A program made the translations under genes and the position numbers. DNA of 64,000 bases, taken from positions 2,105-66,104 of the forward strand of contig JAXGWH010000004.1 of assembly GCA_040773385.1 (NCBI GenBank), read 5' to 3'. This DNA comes from Aeriscardovia sp. GTDB taxonomy: Bacteria > Actinomycetota > Actinomycetes > Actinomycetales > Bifidobacteriaceae. Within the stretch, counting starts at the first letter, position 1; every line of letters starts with the position of its first letter. Under the pieces are notes generated by a model, which was not told where the DNA came from, ran no database searches, and was given only the letters and a program-made list of their open reading frames with translations. Positions 48,805 through 59,286 of this stretch are shown piece by piece.

Positions 48805-49722
48805 TCAGACGGCCAGAACCGTATAGAACCGCCCGTCACGGCGGGTGTCGCCCGAGAGCGTGAACCCGCGGTACGAGTAGAAGCGCGTGTCCTCGAGCGT
48901 GCAGCACATCCGAGGCTGCCGGCCTGCGGTGACCACATCAACGATATGTCCGGGAACGACACCGGCCTGCGCGAGCTCGAGGCGGATCGCCCTGCCGAGG
49001 TCGACGCCAGGGCCGCCGAAGCGCGTCACCGTCGCGCAGCCCGGGAACCGCCGCCCGAACGCGCGGGCGATCTTCTCCCCTGTCTCGTAACAGTCGCCGC
49101 AGATGTGCGGCCCGATCCAGACGTGGATGTCCGACGCCTTCGAGCCTTTGGCGGCCATCGCGGCGATGACGGCGCCGGCGATGTCCTTCTCCGTGCCCAG
49201 TCGTCCGGAATGCGCCGCGGCGAAGACGCCGCGCACCCGGTCGGCGAACAGCAGCGGCACGCAGTCGCCGGTCAGGATGGCCAGCGCCACCCCGCGCCGG
49301 CCGGTCAGCAGCGCGTCCGCGTCGGTGCGGGCGAGCGGGGCGAGCGCGGCGTCCGTCACAGCTGGCAGATTGTCGAGGTCGACGACGCAGGCCGAGTGCA
49401 CCTGGTGCAGACGTGCGACCGGCCGGCCGCACAGCCGCCGCAGCACGGCGAGATTGCGTGCCGCACGCTCCTCGTCATGTCCGGGCTCCTCGTCATTCCC
49501 GGAATGCTGCTCGTGGCGCCGGGCGGTGGTCAGGCTGAGGTTGAAATCGCCGTGGTCCTCGGGCGAGGCCGCCGTGGTCGAGAAGGCGGAGAGGCCTTCC
49601 GCGGCGGCATCGAATCCGAGATCGGCCGGCATGAGCACAGACCGGTCGGGTGTGCCATTCGGACCCGCCGCCCTATCGGTGCCGGGCGCGGCATCTTCCC
49701 CGCCAAGGGACGTGCCGCTCAT
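48805..49722 (-). CDS. pgeF: YfiH/PgeF-family (laccase-domain) purine nucleoside phosphorylase
   Basis: HQVHS, DADALLT, TGDCVPLL, AAHSGR, IGPHICGDCYE, FYSYR. Confidence 0.9.
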   Translation of the reverse strand: MSGTSLGGEDAAPGTDRAAGPNGTPDRSVLMPADLGFDAAAEGLSAFSTTAASPEDHGDFNLSLTTARRHEQHSGNDEEPGHDEERAARNLAVLRRLCGRPVARLHQVHSACVVDLDNLPAVTDAALAPLARTDADALLTGRRGVALAILTGDCVPLLFADRVRGVFAAAHSGRLGTEKDIAGAVIAAMAAKGSKASDIHVWIGPHICGDCYETGEKIARAFGRRFPGCATVTRFGGPGVDLGRAIRLELAQAGVVPGHIVDVVTAGRQPRMCCTLEDTRFYSYRGFTLSGDTRRDGRFYTVLAV

Positions 49723-50594
49723 GCCTGCTGCCCGTCGAGCAGGGCGAGCTCGTCGTCGGAAAGACGGAGCTCATCGGCTTTGAGCGAGTCGAGGATCGTC
49801 GCCGGGCGGTGCGCGCCGGGGATGACGAACACATGCCCGCCCTGGGCGAGCTCCCAGGCGAGGATCACCTGCTGGCAGCTCACACCGTGCGCCGCGGCGA
49901 CCTTCTTGAACGGCTCGAACTTGCTCGTGTCCACAGCCTTGCGGTAGCCGCCCAGCGGGCTCCAGCACACGAAGGCGAGGCCGAGCCTGCCGCACTCCTG
50001 CAGTGTGTCGAAGGTGGAACGGTAGACCGGCGAGAACTGGTTCTGCACGGCCACAAGGCGGTCGCCCAGAATTTTTCGCGCGATGCGGATCTGTTCGACG
50101 GAGGCATTGGAGACGCCGATCATGCGGGCCACGCCCTCGTCGGCGAGCTGCCTCATCGCCTCGATGGACTGGTCGTACGGCACCTTCGGGTCGGGACGGT
50201 GAAAGTAGAGCAGGTCGATGGTATCGACGCCGAGGCTCTGCGCGCACTCCTTGCCCTGGCGCAGAAGCGTCTCGGGCCGTCCGTCCTGGCCCCAGGTGGG
50301 CACGCCGTCGGTGAAGTTGCGGTTGTGGCCCACCTTTGTGGCGACGAGCACGTCCTCGCGCGGTCCGTCCCATGTGGAGAGCGCCTCGCGCACGAGCCGT
50401 TCGTTCGCCTCCGGCTGCTTGCCGGACTCGTAGTACGCCCAGGCGGTGTCGAGCATGCGGCAGCCGGCGTCGAGGGCGGCATGGATGGTCTCGAGGCCCG
50501 TGTCGTGGCCGAGATTGTTCTCCAGCGAGAGGGGCATGCAGCCCAGCCCGATGGCGGTGGTGGTGTCCGTTCCGATGGTGCGTGTGAGTGCCAT
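49719..50594 (-). CDS. Aldo/keto reductase
   Basis: IGLGCM, LDTAWAY, VATK, IDLLYFHRPDP, IGVSN, WSPLGG. Confidence 0.93.
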   Translation of the reverse strand: MALTRTIGTDTTTAIGLGCMPLSLENNLGHDTGLETIHAALDAGCRMLDTAWAYYESGKQPEANERLVREALSTWDGPREDVLVATKVGHNRNFTDGVPTWGQDGRPETLLRQGKECAQSLGVDTIDLLYFHRPDPKVPYDQSIEAMRQLADEGVARMIGVSNASVEQIRIARKILGDRLVAVQNQFSPVYRSTFDTLQECGRLGLAFVCWSPLGGYRKAVDTSKFEPFKKVAAAHGVSCQQVILAWELAQGGHVFVIPGAHRPATILDSLKADELRLSDDELALLDGQQA

Positions 50595-50680
50595 TTTCCT
50601 GTCCTTGTCGATGGTGGGGCGATGATCTTCCGCCGTCCAGTCTATCCGGCCTCGCTGCGCGGGATGGACGCGTGAGACAC

Positions 50681-50708
50681 AAAAAGGCCCGCCCGAAGGC
50701 GGACCTTT
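50681..50708 (-). terminator. Intrinsic terminator after pnp
   Basis: aggtccgcc-ttcg-ggcgggcc-ttttt. Confidence 0.85.
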
Positions 50709-50792
50709 CGATGCTTTTGCCGGTTCAGGGCCGGTCAATGACCGGTGCGCGGCCAGCCAGCGCCCAGAATCGGCGCCCGGAGTCGTCGGCGC

Positions 50793-53498
50793 TCAGTCGT
50801 CGTAGCGGCGACGCACGATGCGGCGGCGCGGACGCTGGCTGCGCTCCGAGCGGGCCTCGCGGTACTCGTGGTAGTCCTCATCGTCAAGATGGAACTCCTC
50901 GCGGCCGCGGCCGGCGGAACGGCGGCGGCGCGGACGAGCCTCGCGCCCGTCGCGCTCGGAACGGTCCGAGCGCTCGGAGCGGGAGCGCGACGGACGGCGG
51001 CCGGAGCGACGCGCATCGCGGCCCTCGTCCTCCTCATCCTCGTCGTCGTGACGGCGACGCGCCGAGCGGCGGCGCGGACGCTCGTCCTCGTCGTCATCGT
51101 CCTCAAAGCGGCGGCGGTCGTCAGAGCGGCGGGAGCGGCGCGGACGATCCTCGAAATCGTCGTCCTCCTCGTCCTCGTCGCGATGGCGGCGCACCGGGCG
51201 GCGGCGATCGGAACGGCGCTCGTCCTGGTCATCGTCGTGGTCGTCATGGTCGTAGCGGCGGCCGCCACGGCGTGCGTCACGGCGCGGCTCGTCGTCCTCC
51301 TCGAAACCGGGGATGGCGAGCGAGATCTTGCCGCGGTCGTCGACGGACTGGACGACCACCTCGACGGTGTCGCCCTCCTTGAGCACGTCCTCGACGCGCT
51401 CGACGCGCTGGCCGTCGCGCAGATTGCGGATCTGCGAGATGTGCAGCAGGCCGTCCTGGCCCGGGGTGAGGTTGACGAACGCGCCGAACGACGTGGTCTT
51501 GACGACCTTGCCGTTGTAGCGCTCGCCCACCTGCGGGATGTGCGGGTTGGCGATCGAGTCGATGGTCTGGCGGGCCTTCTCGGCCGCGCCGCCGTCCTCG
51601 GAGGAGATGTAGATGGTGCCGTCGTCCTCCACGGTGATCTCGGCGCCCGTGTCCTCCTGGATCTGGTTGATCATCTTGCCCTTCGGTCCGATGACCTCGC
51701 CGATCTTGTCGACCGGCACGTGCGTGGTGAGGATGCGCGGCGCGTTGTCGCTCATCTCCGCCGGGCCGTCGATGCACTCGTTGATGACCTCGAGGATGGT
51801 CATGCGGGCCTCGTGCGCCTGCTTGAGGGCGCCGGCGAGGATGTCCGCCGGGATGCCGTCGAGCTTGGTGTCGAGCTGCAGGGCGGTGATGAAGTCGGAG
51901 GTGCCGGCGACCTTGAAGTCCATGTCGCCGAACGCGTCCTCCGCGCCCTGGATGTCGGTGAGCGTCTTGTAGACGGTCTTGCCGTCCACCTCCTCGCTCA
52001 TCAGGCCCATGGAGATGCCGGCGACCGGCGCCTTGAGCGGCACACCCGCATCGAGCAGAGAGAGCGTCGAGGCGCACACCGAGCCCATCGAGGTGGAGCC
52101 GTTGGAGCCGATGGCCTCGGACACCTGGCGGATGGCGTACGGGAAGTCCTCCTCGGAAGGCAGGACCGGCACGAGCGCGCGCTCGGCGAGGTTGCCGTGG
52201 CCGATCTCGCGGCGCTTGGGCGAGCCGATGCGGCCCGTCTCACCCGTGGAGAACGGCGGCATGTTGTACTGGTGGATGTACCGCTTCGTCTCCGGGCCGG
52301 AGAGGGCGTCGAGCTGCTGGCGCATCTTGAGCATGCCGAGGGTGGTGATGCCCAGGATCTGCGTCTCGCCGCGCTGGAAGAGCGCCGAGCCGTGCACGCG
52401 CGGCACCACGTCCACCTCCGCGGAGAGGGTGCGGATGTCCTTGAGACCGCGGCCGTCCATGCGCTCGCCCTTCTCGAGCACACGGCGGCGCACGATGGAG
52501 CGCTGCAGGTCCTTGAACGCGTTGCCGAGCTGGCGGTCGCGCTCGTCGTCGGCCATGTCCGGGAACTTCTCGGCGAGCTTGTCGGCCACGGAGTGCTTGA
52601 TCTCGCGGATCTTCTCCTGGCGGGCGATCTTGTCGGGGATGACGAGGGCCGGGTCGAGATCCTTCTCGGAGAGGTCCTCGACGGCCTTGTAGAAGTCGTC
52701 GTCGTAGAGCGGGAAAAGCGGGAACTCGCGGGTGGGCTTGGACGCCTTCTTCTTCAGCTCGCTGATGGCCTCGCAGATGGTGCGGATGAACGGCTTGGCG
52801 GCCTCGATGCCCTCGGCCACGACGGTCTCGTCCGGCTTTGTGGCGCCCTCGTCGTAGATGAGGTGCCAGGCGTTCTTGCCGGCGCCCGCCTCGATCATGG
52901 CGATGGCGACCTCGTTCTTGGAGGTGATGCGGCCGGCCACGGTCAGCTCGAACGTGGCCTTCTCGCGCTCGGACCAGCGCGGGAACGCGACCCACTGGCC
53001 GTCGATGAGGGCGAGCCTCACGCCGCCGACCGGGCCCTCGAACGGGATGCCGGAGATGGTGGTGGACGCCGAGGCGGCGTTGAGGGCGATCAGATCATAC
53101 GAATCGTCCGGATCGATCGACAGCACGGTGGCCACGACCTGCACCTCGTTGCGCAGGGTGTGCGGGAACAGCGGGCGCAACGGGCGGTCGATCACACGGC
53201 AGGCGAGGATCGCCTCGGTGGACGGCCTGCCCTCGCGGCGGAAGAAGGAGCCCGGGATCTTGCCCGCGGCGTACATTTTCTCCTGCACATCGACGGTCAG
53301 CGGGAAGAAGTCGTAGTTCTCCTTCGGGGTGTGGCCGGCGGTGGTGGTCGACAGGATCATGGAATCGTTGTCAAGATACGCGGCGACGGCCCCATCGGCC
53401 TGCTGCGCGAGGCGTCCGGTCTCGAAGCGCAGCGTGCGCCTGCCGAACCTGCCATTATCAATGACCGCCTCAACGGCGGTGATATCGGGACCCTCCAC
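50793..53498 (-). CDS. pnp: Polyribonucleotide nucleotidyltransferase with extended C-terminal tail
   Basis: [24 protein letters not shown] and S1 domains. Confidence 0.98.
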   Translation of the reverse strand: MEGPDITAVEAVIDNGRFGRRTLRFETGRLAQQADGAVAAYLDNDSMILSTTTAGHTPKENYDFFPLTVDVQEKMYAAGKIPGSFFRREGRPSTEAILACRVIDRPLRPLFPHTLRNEVQVVATVLSIDPDDSYDLIALNAASASTTISGIPFEGPVGGVRLALIDGQWVAFPRWSEREKATFELTVAGRITSKNEVAIAMIEAGAGKNAWHLIYDEGATKPDETVVAEGIEAAKPFIRTICEAISELKKKASKPTREFPLFPLYDDDFYKAVEDLSEKDLDPALVIPDKIARQEKIREIKHSVADKLAEKFPDMADDERDRQLGNAFKDLQRSIVRRRVLEKGERMDGRGLKDIRTLSAEVDVVPRVHGSALFQRGETQILGITTLGMLKMRQQLDALSGPETKRYIHQYNMPPFSTGETGRIGSPKRREIGHGNLAERALVPVLPSEEDFPYAIRQVSEAIGSNGSTSMGSVCASTLSLLDAGVPLKAPVAGISMGLMSEEVDGKTVYKTLTDIQGAEDAFGDMDFKVAGTSDFITALQLDTKLDGIPADILAGALKQAHEARMTILEVINECIDGPAEMSDNAPRILTTHVPVDKIGEVIGPKGKMINQIQEDTGAEITVEDDGTIYISSEDGGAAEKARQTIDSIANPHIPQVGERYNGKVVKTTSFGAFVNLTPGQDGLLHISQIRNLRDGQRVERVEDVLKEGDTVEVVVQSVDDRGKISLAIPGFEEDDEPRRDARRGGRRYDHDDHDDDQDERRSDRRRPVRRHRDEDEEDDDFEDRPRRSRRSDDRRRFEDDDDEDERPRRRSARRRHDDEDEEDEGRDARRSGRRPSRSRSERSDRSERDGREARPRRRRSAGRGREEFHLDDEDYHEYREARSERSQRPRRRIVRRRYDD

Positions 53499-53566
53499 GG
53501 GTTCCTCCTTTGCTTCCGGGCGCCCCCTCCCCTCCCGGGGTCATCGATGCTGGGGGACGCGGCTAT

Positions 53567-53599
53567 AAAAAAGCCCGAGCACGCGTATGGTGCCCGGGC
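53567..53599 (-). terminator. Intrinsic terminator after rpsO
   Basis: gcccgggcac...gtgctcgggc-tttttt. Confidence 0.8.
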
Positions 53600-53605
53600 A
53601 CAATC

Positions 53606-53875
53606 TCAGTGGCGCAGACCGAGGCGCTTGATGAGCGAGCGGTAGCGGTTGATGTCGACCTTGGTCAGATAGTCGAGCAGACGACGGCGCTTGCCGATCA
53701 GGAGCAGAAGACCACGGTTGGAGTGGTAGTCATGCTTGTGGTTCTTCATGTGCTCGGTCAGGTTGTTGATGCGGTTCGTCAGAAGGGCGATCTGCACCTC
53801 GGGGGAGCCGGTGTCGCCCTCGTGGGTGGCGTATTCCTTGATGATGGACTGCTTTTCCTCGCTGCTGAGAGCCAT
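53606..53875 (-). CDS. rpsO: 30S ribosomal protein S15
   Basis: [16 protein letters not shown]...[12 protein letters not shown]; AAGGAGG RBS. Confidence 0.99.
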   Translation of the reverse strand: MALSSEEKQSIIKEYATHEGDTGSPEVQIALLTNRINNLTEHMKNHKHDYHSNRGLLLLIGKRRRLLDYLTKVDINRYRSLIKRLGLRH

Positions 53876-53952
53876 GGGCCCCTCCTTGCTTGCTGCGCGG
53901 TGCGACTGCCCTTGTGGCAGCGCGCTGTTTATCCGCGGGCGGTACACGCCAA
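53876..53952 (-). promoter_or_regulatory. Putative structured S15 leader
   Basis: TAGAGT -10 at 53959-53964, then GC-rich nested stems (gcgc/ctgcc-acaag-ggcag) ahead of the RBS. Confidence 0.45.
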
Positions 53953-53990
53953 GAGATCACTCTACCGGCGGCCCTGACAATTGCCGCGTC

Positions 53991-54677
53991 TCAGCCGATC
54001 ATGGTGAGCAGCCCGCCGAACAGCACGATAAGGATGGCGGCGAGCTCGAGCACGAGGTACTCGCACAGCGCCGCGGGTGCCGAGGTGAGGAAGTCCGCCG
54101 GCGAGCCGGGCCGGACGAACAGCAGCAGGACGATGTAAAGCAGCCCGAAGGCGAGCGCCGCCACCACGGAGGCGAGGATGCCGAAGTTGATGGCGTTGGC
54201 ATAGATGGCCCGCGACTGGAAGACGACGAACGTGGAGCTCCAGAAATTCCATTTGAGCAGGGCGATGCCGGCGAGGAACTGCTCGATGACGAACAGGACG
54301 AGCGTCCACCACAGGCCGGAGCGGCGGTGACGGTAGGAGATGACGGCCACGGTGAGGCTGATCCAGGCGAGCGTGACGTCCATCCAGGCGATGAGCGCGA
54401 GCCCACGCGGGTCGAAGAGGGCGTAGACGCAGATGAGCTCGTCCGTGCGCGAGACGGCGATCCACCGTCCCAGGGCGTACGGGGCGAGCGCGGCGATGAG
54501 GAACAGGACGATGCCCACGACCACGCGCACGGGGTGGCTCGCCTGGTGGTGCGACTCGGCCAGCGAGAGGGAGTCGTGCAGTGTGTGCACGGACTCCTCC
54601 TGCATGAGCGAGAGGCCCTCGGCGCGCGCCTGGTCCTCCAGCCGCCGCCGGGTGTCGTCATCCTGTTTTTCGGTCAT
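53991..54677 (-). CDS. Hypothetical integral membrane protein
   Basis: 228 aa, about five TM helices, immediately after pullulanase. Confidence 0.75.
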   Translation of the reverse strand: MTEKQDDDTRRRLEDQARAEGLSLMQEESVHTLHDSLSLAESHHQASHPVRVVVGIVLFLIAALAPYALGRWIAVSRTDELICVYALFDPRGLALIAWMDVTLAWISLTVAVISYRHRRSGLWWTLVLFVIEQFLAGIALLKWNFWSSTFVVFQSRAIYANAINFGILASVVAALAFGLLYIVLLLFVRPGSPADFLTSAPAALCEYLVLELAAILIVLFGGLLTMIG

Positions 54678-54678
54678 G

Positions 54679-56919
54679 TCAGCGCGCCGAGACCTGCGGG
54701 GCCGAGGAGAGGATCGTCACCGACAGCGGCGGCACGCGGAACGTGCCCGAGACGGAGACGGGCCGGGCGTGCGAGAGGTCGAAACCGGGCACCTGGCTCT
54801 CCTCGGGGAGGTGATGCACGGACACGCGCGTGAGCCGGTGGGCGGGGGCGGAACCCGCGTCCGAGGCGCCGGTCAGCAGCGCATCGTCGATGGTCGAGTC
54901 GAACGCCACACGCCCGTACACGCCGTCCGGCAAGGCGGGCACGGCGGTCCACGCGTCGTTGGCGTTGAGGATGACGGTGAACGTGGCGATGTTGTCCCAC
55001 ACCTGCCAGGCGATGAGCCCGTCGGCGGCGGTGAGCACCGAGCTGTGCGAGTTGATGCGCCGGTAGGAGGAGCGGCGGAACGCGGCCACGCGGGCGCGCA
55101 GGGCGAACAGCGAGCGCATGAAGGTGACGCAGTCGGAGAGGATCTCCTGGTCCTGGCGGTCCCAGTCGACGGCGTTCATGGTGTCGGAGGTGTTGTAGCT
55201 GTTGCCCTCGCCGTCCTTGGAGGAGAGGAACTCCTGGCCGAGCTCGATCTCGGGCACGCCCTGGGCGAGCACGGCGGCGGCCTCGGCGATCTTGGCCATG
55301 CGGGCCACGCGGTCGAGGTCCGCGCCCGCGAGGTGGCGCACGGAGCGCTCCCCCGTCAGCCGCACGAGCCGGCCGTCCTCGCCGCGCTCGACGCCGTAGC
55401 CCAGGGAGGTGGCGATCTTGTCGAAGAGGGTCATGCCGTCGTGGATCTGCACGTACTGCTGCACCTGGCTCGCGTCGGCGTAATGCGTGGGCGCGGGCAG
55501 GGCGCGCAGGATCTCACGGTCCTGGGTGGGCTGGCAGCCCAGCAGGTTGTAGGCCACGAGCCGCTCGGTGCCCTTCTGCCCGGAGGCGAAGCCAGGCCCG
55601 TCGAAGAAGCCGGCCCACGACTGGCCTTTGACGGCGTCGCGCAGCGAGTCGTTGAAGAAGCCGACGGTGGAGTCGGTGTTGGTGCGCCGGCCCTCACGGT
55701 TGTCGAGGCGGAACGCCTGCGACTGCACGGTCATCATGCTCTCGGGCAGGTCGGCGCCGTGGTCCCAGCCCTCGCCGTAGCAGAGCATGGTGGGGTCGAC
55801 GGAGTCAAGCAGGTCGCGCACGGCGTTCATCGTATCCACGTCGATCAGGCCCATGATGTCGAAGCGGAAGCCGTCGAGACGGAAGTTCGTCAGCCAGTAG
55901 CGGATGGAGTCGAGCAGGTATTTGCGGGCCATCGGCCGCTCGCTGGCGAAGTCGTTGCCGCAGCGCGAGTGCGAGGTGAGCACCCCGTCCTTTGTGCGGA
56001 AGAAATAGCCGGGCACGGTGAGGGCGAGCGGGTGGCTCTCCAGCGAGTAGACGTGGTTGTACACCACGTCCATCACCACGCGCAGGCCGGCCTTGTGCAG
56101 GGCGCGGACCATGAGTTTCGCCTCGCGGATGCGGCACGCGGGGTCTGCCGGGTCGGTGGCGAGGGAGCCTTCGGGAACGTTCCAGTTGAGGGGATCGTAG
56201 CCCCAGTTGTAGTTGTCGTCGGAGAGCGGGCGGGCCTCGTCCACGCTCGCGAAATCGTAGATGGGCATGAGCTGGACGTGGGTGATGCCCAGGTCGGCCA
56301 GATAGTCGAGGCCGGTGGGGCTGCCCGCGGCGGTGTGCGTGCCGTGCTCGGTGAGACCGAGGAACTTGCCGCGCCAGCCCGGTTTGACGCCCGAGCTGGG
56401 GCTGATGGTGGCGTCGCGCACCGACAGCTCGGCGATGATGGCGTCGGTGGGACGGGTGGAGAAGGCGGGCATGCGCGCAAAGTCGGCGACCTCGACGCTC
56501 TGGGGGTCGAGGACCACGGAGCGGTGCCCGTTGATGACGGCCGCGGTGGCGTATGGGTCGGGCGAGACGGAGGTGCGCCCCCTGCCGAAGTCGAGCCTGT
56601 AGTCGTAGGCCCAGCCCTTGAGGTCCTCGGGCACGGTGAGCGACCAGACGCCCGCCTCCTGCCCCTGCCAGCGGCGCATGGGCACCGAGCGTGTCAGCGG
56701 CGCGTCGGCGCGACGGCTGTCAGAGTAGAGGTCGAGCGTGACGGAGAGCGCGGTGGGCGCCCACAGGCGGAACGTGGAGGCGTCGGGCATGTAGGCCACG
56801 CCCAGGTCGTCGCCGTCGTAATCGTATTCCTCGTCAAACTGCGCGAACGGCATCACCGTGCCATCGGCCAGCTCGATGCCGTCGTCGTGCAACGTGAAGT
56901 CCTTCAGTGTGAAAGCCAT
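54679..56919 (-). CDS. pulA: Type I pullulanase (GH13)
   Basis: YNWGYDP signature, MDVVYNH, DGFRFDIMG, YGEGW, IHD; no signal peptide. Confidence 0.94.
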   Translation of the reverse strand: MAFTLKDFTLHDDGIELADGTVMPFAQFDEEYDYDGDDLGVAYMPDASTFRLWAPTALSVTLDLYSDSRRADAPLTRSVPMRRWQGQEAGVWSLTVPEDLKGWAYDYRLDFGRGRTSVSPDPYATAAVINGHRSVVLDPQSVEVADFARMPAFSTRPTDAIIAELSVRDATISPSSGVKPGWRGKFLGLTEHGTHTAAGSPTGLDYLADLGITHVQLMPIYDFASVDEARPLSDDNYNWGYDPLNWNVPEGSLATDPADPACRIREAKLMVRALHKAGLRVVMDVVYNHVYSLESHPLALTVPGYFFRTKDGVLTSHSRCGNDFASERPMARKYLLDSIRYWLTNFRLDGFRFDIMGLIDVDTMNAVRDLLDSVDPTMLCYGEGWDHGADLPESMMTVQSQAFRLDNREGRRTNTDSTVGFFNDSLRDAVKGQSWAGFFDGPGFASGQKGTERLVAYNLLGCQPTQDREILRALPAPTHYADASQVQQYVQIHDGMTLFDKIATSLGYGVERGEDGRLVRLTGERSVRHLAGADLDRVARMAKIAEAAAVLAQGVPEIELGQEFLSSKDGEGNSYNTSDTMNAVDWDRQDQEILSDCVTFMRSLFALRARVAAFRRSSYRRINSHSSVLTAADGLIAWQVWDNIATFTVILNANDAWTAVPALPDGVYGRVAFDSTIDDALLTGASDAGSAPAHRLTRVSVHHLPEESQVPGFDLSHARPVSVSGTFRVPPLSVTILSSAPQVSAR

Positions 56920-56930
56920 CAGGCCCGTCC

Positions 56931-56977
56931 TTTCTGGAAGTCTCTGGTCACGTTTCTGGAAGCCGTTTCTGGAAGCC
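56931..56977. repeat. Three TTTCTGGAAG direct repeats upstream of pullulanase
   Basis: Copies at 56931, 56953, 56966; the proximal one overlaps the AGAAAGGA RBS. Confidence 0.8.
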
Positions 56978-56993
56978 GGTGGTCATGGGGCCG

Positions 56994-57959
56994 TCACGCC
57001 CGTCCTTCCTGTTCCTCCATGTCCTTCTGCGCCTGCCGGGCGTCCTCCTCGCTGAGCGCGGCGAGCGCCTGCTCCGGGTCGGCGGGCTTCGTCGGGTCGC
57101 CGCCCTTCCAGCCGACCACGTCATCGAGGCTGAAAGGCGCGTCGATGCTCTGGCCGTAGCATTCCTCGTAGCAGGCCACCTTCTGGCGGTAATCCTGCTC
57201 GCGCATCCACGCGCTGTTCTCCTCGACAGATTTGTCCTGGTCGGGGTAGATGGGCTTGAGCACGTGGAACACGTAGCGCACGCGCGTGAACTCGACGGTG
57301 CCCCGCTGGGGCCTGCCCGTGTCGATCTGCTCGGTGAAGCAGGGGATCACCGGCACGCCCGCGGCGGCGGCGAAGTCGAACGCGCCGTGCTTCTCGGGCC
57401 GGGGCCGGCGGTAGTTGAACCACATCTGCTCCTCGGGGTAGATGAGGATGAACCGCTTCTTGGCGAGCAGCTGGTCGATGATGGCCGGGAACTGGCGCGA
57501 GAGGTAGGCGTGGTTCTTGGTGATGGGGATGGTGTCGAAGTTCTTCATGAAGAAGCCGAGGAAGCCGGTCATGGCGAAGTTCGTGTCCTGGGAGACGGCG
57601 TAGGTGCGCGGGTGCCCGGCCTTGCGCATGCCCTGGAACACGGTCATGTTCTCCATGGGGTTGAAGTGGTTGGAGGTGACGATGGCCCCGGTCCTGACCT
57701 GCCGGGCGTTCTCCAGCCCCACCCATTCCGTGCCGCGGTTGATCCACCACTGGTAGACGTGCACGAAGTGTCGGGCCACGAAGTTGTTGAACCGGTAGGT
57801 CCACGTGTTCATGTGGCCCAGATGGTTGAGCACGAGCTGGGTGCGGTCAGTCTTGTCGAGCACCGGGTCGTGGACCTCGACCTTGTCGTTGAAGCGCCCC
57901 TCGTTCGCCGCCTTCTCAATGTTGGCGATGACGGGCCGTTTGATTCCTCCGATAAACAC
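56994..57959 (-). CDS. PlsC-like lysophospholipid acyltransferase
   Basis: TSNHFNPMEN, ILIYPEEQMW, GAF...VPVIP. Confidence 0.85.
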   Translation of the reverse strand: MFIGGIKRPVIANIEKAANEGRFNDKVEVHDPVLDKTDRTQLVLNHLGHMNTWTYRFNNFVARHFVHVYQWWINRGTEWVGLENARQVRTGAIVTSNHFNPMENMTVFQGMRKAGHPRTYAVSQDTNFAMTGFLGFFMKNFDTIPITKNHAYLSRQFPAIIDQLLAKKRFILIYPEEQMWFNYRRPRPEKHGAFDFAAAAGVPVIPCFTEQIDTGRPQRGTVEFTRVRYVFHVLKPIYPDQDKSVEENSAWMREQDYRQKVACYEECYGQSIDAPFSLDDVVGWKGGDPTKPADPEQALAALSEEDARQAQKDMEEQEGRA

Positions 57960-58082
57960 CCTTTGACCTTACCTTTCGGCCTGTCTGGAGCACCAGTGCT
58001 ATCAGATCCCCCTGACAGACCATTCACATGCCCCGACCGGCCGGCCGGCAGACACAATCTCCCGGCCACTCAGCAGATACGC

Positions 58083-58122
58083 AAAAGGAGGATCATCCCG
58101 TCGGCGGGACGGATGATCCTCC
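58083..58122 (-). terminator. Hairpin/terminator after GT8 gene
   Basis: ggaggatcatc...gatgatcctcc-tttt. Confidence 0.7.
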
Positions 58123-58133
58123 CAGGAGGACCG

Positions 58134-59153
58134 TCACAGACGGACCGGCACGCCCTTCTGTTCGAGCGAGTGGAAGGTGACGGGCAGCTCGCTGAACTGG
58201 CCGGCGTGGGCGATAAGACGGCGCTTCTTCTCATGGTCGCGCTCGACCATGTTCTTGTCGGCGAACTCGTCGCGCACCTGCTCGATGCGGGGCAGGAACG
58301 GCGAGTCCTGCGCGTACCTCCAGAACACGTCGGCCATGACGGCCTTGGGGTAGAACCACGGTTTGCCGATGAGGTTGTAGTGGATGAGCCAGCGCTCCTT
58401 GGGTGGGGTCAGCTCGCCGGCCACCATCACGTCCCAGCGCGGGTCGAGCACGATGATGCGGCCCTGGAACATCGCGTTGATGTAGTCCTGGTCGGAGCAC
58501 ACCGAGCGCACGTGGTAGCGGTTCATCAGCTCCACGAAGCGCTGTGCGGCGCCGAGCTGGCGCCACTGGGCGAGGTCCATGAGCATGACGCCGGAGTTGA
58601 CGTACTTCTCCGGTGGCACGCCGGGCACGTGCAGCGAGTAGGCGCGCAACAGCGGGTCGGTGGCCACGAAGCTGTCGACCGCGGCGCCGAGCGCGTTGCC
58701 CTTGAGGTCCGTGTCGTAGAGGTCGGCCACGTCGCGCTCGAGCACGGTGTCCGCGTCGAGGTAGAGCGCCCGGTCGTATTCGGGGAACAGCTCGGCGATG
58801 AACAGGCGGAAGTAGATGGAGTAGGTGACGGCGTCCTCGTTGAGCACGTTTGTGTCGTCTTTGACGGCGTCGATGATCTTGGCGCCCATCTCCACGAGCC
58901 GCAGCTCCACGTTCGGGTAGGTGCTCACCACCTGTCGCAGCTTGTCCTGGCTGTCCGGCTCGAGGTCACGCATGAGCACGACGATGCGGTAGCGCCGATG
59001 CGGGTTGGCGTGCTGCACGAGCGAGGTGAGTGCCACCGAGAGGTAGGCCACGTAGTTCTCGTCGGTGGAATAGAACACGGTGACGGGCCCGGTCTCGCCG
59101 TCATCCTGCGCGGTGTCGGTCTGGGTAGTCTGTAATTTCTGTGTGTCGCTCAT
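58134..59153 (-). CDS. Glycosyltransferase family 8
   Basis: IYFRLFIAELF, YLDAD, YVNSGVML, DQDYIN, IHYNLIGKPW. Confidence 0.93.
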   Translation of the reverse strand: MSDTQKLQTTQTDTAQDDGETGPVTVFYSTDENYVAYLSVALTSLVQHANPHRRYRIVVLMRDLEPDSQDKLRQVVSTYPNVELRLVEMGAKIIDAVKDDTNVLNEDAVTYSIYFRLFIAELFPEYDRALYLDADTVLERDVADLYDTDLKGNALGAAVDSFVATDPLLRAYSLHVPGVPPEKYVNSGVMLMDLAQWRQLGAAQRFVELMNRYHVRSVCSDQDYINAMFQGRIIVLDPRWDVMVAGELTPPKERWLIHYNLIGKPWFYPKAVMADVFWRYAQDSPFLPRIEQVRDEFADKNMVERDHEKKRRLIAHAGQFSELPVTFHSLEQKGVPVRL

Positions 59154-59286
59154 TTCTCTGCTTTCATATCGATGGGATTGATGGACGTCATCGCACGTCG
59201 AGGGAGACGGATTCCCCCGCCGTCTGGGATTGTCTGATAGTGACGGATCACACCGGCCAAACCCGTTGTGACGGGCGGACGGCGGA

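Noticed and set aside
35034-56977. Short direct repeats considered as CRISPR-like arrays
   Set aside because: Units are 10-22 bp, two or three copies, with no spacer pattern and no cas genes.
50745-59135. Plus-strand ORFs of 966, 908 and 718 aa
   Set aside because: Antisense shadows of pnp, pulA and the acyltransferase/GT8 genes.
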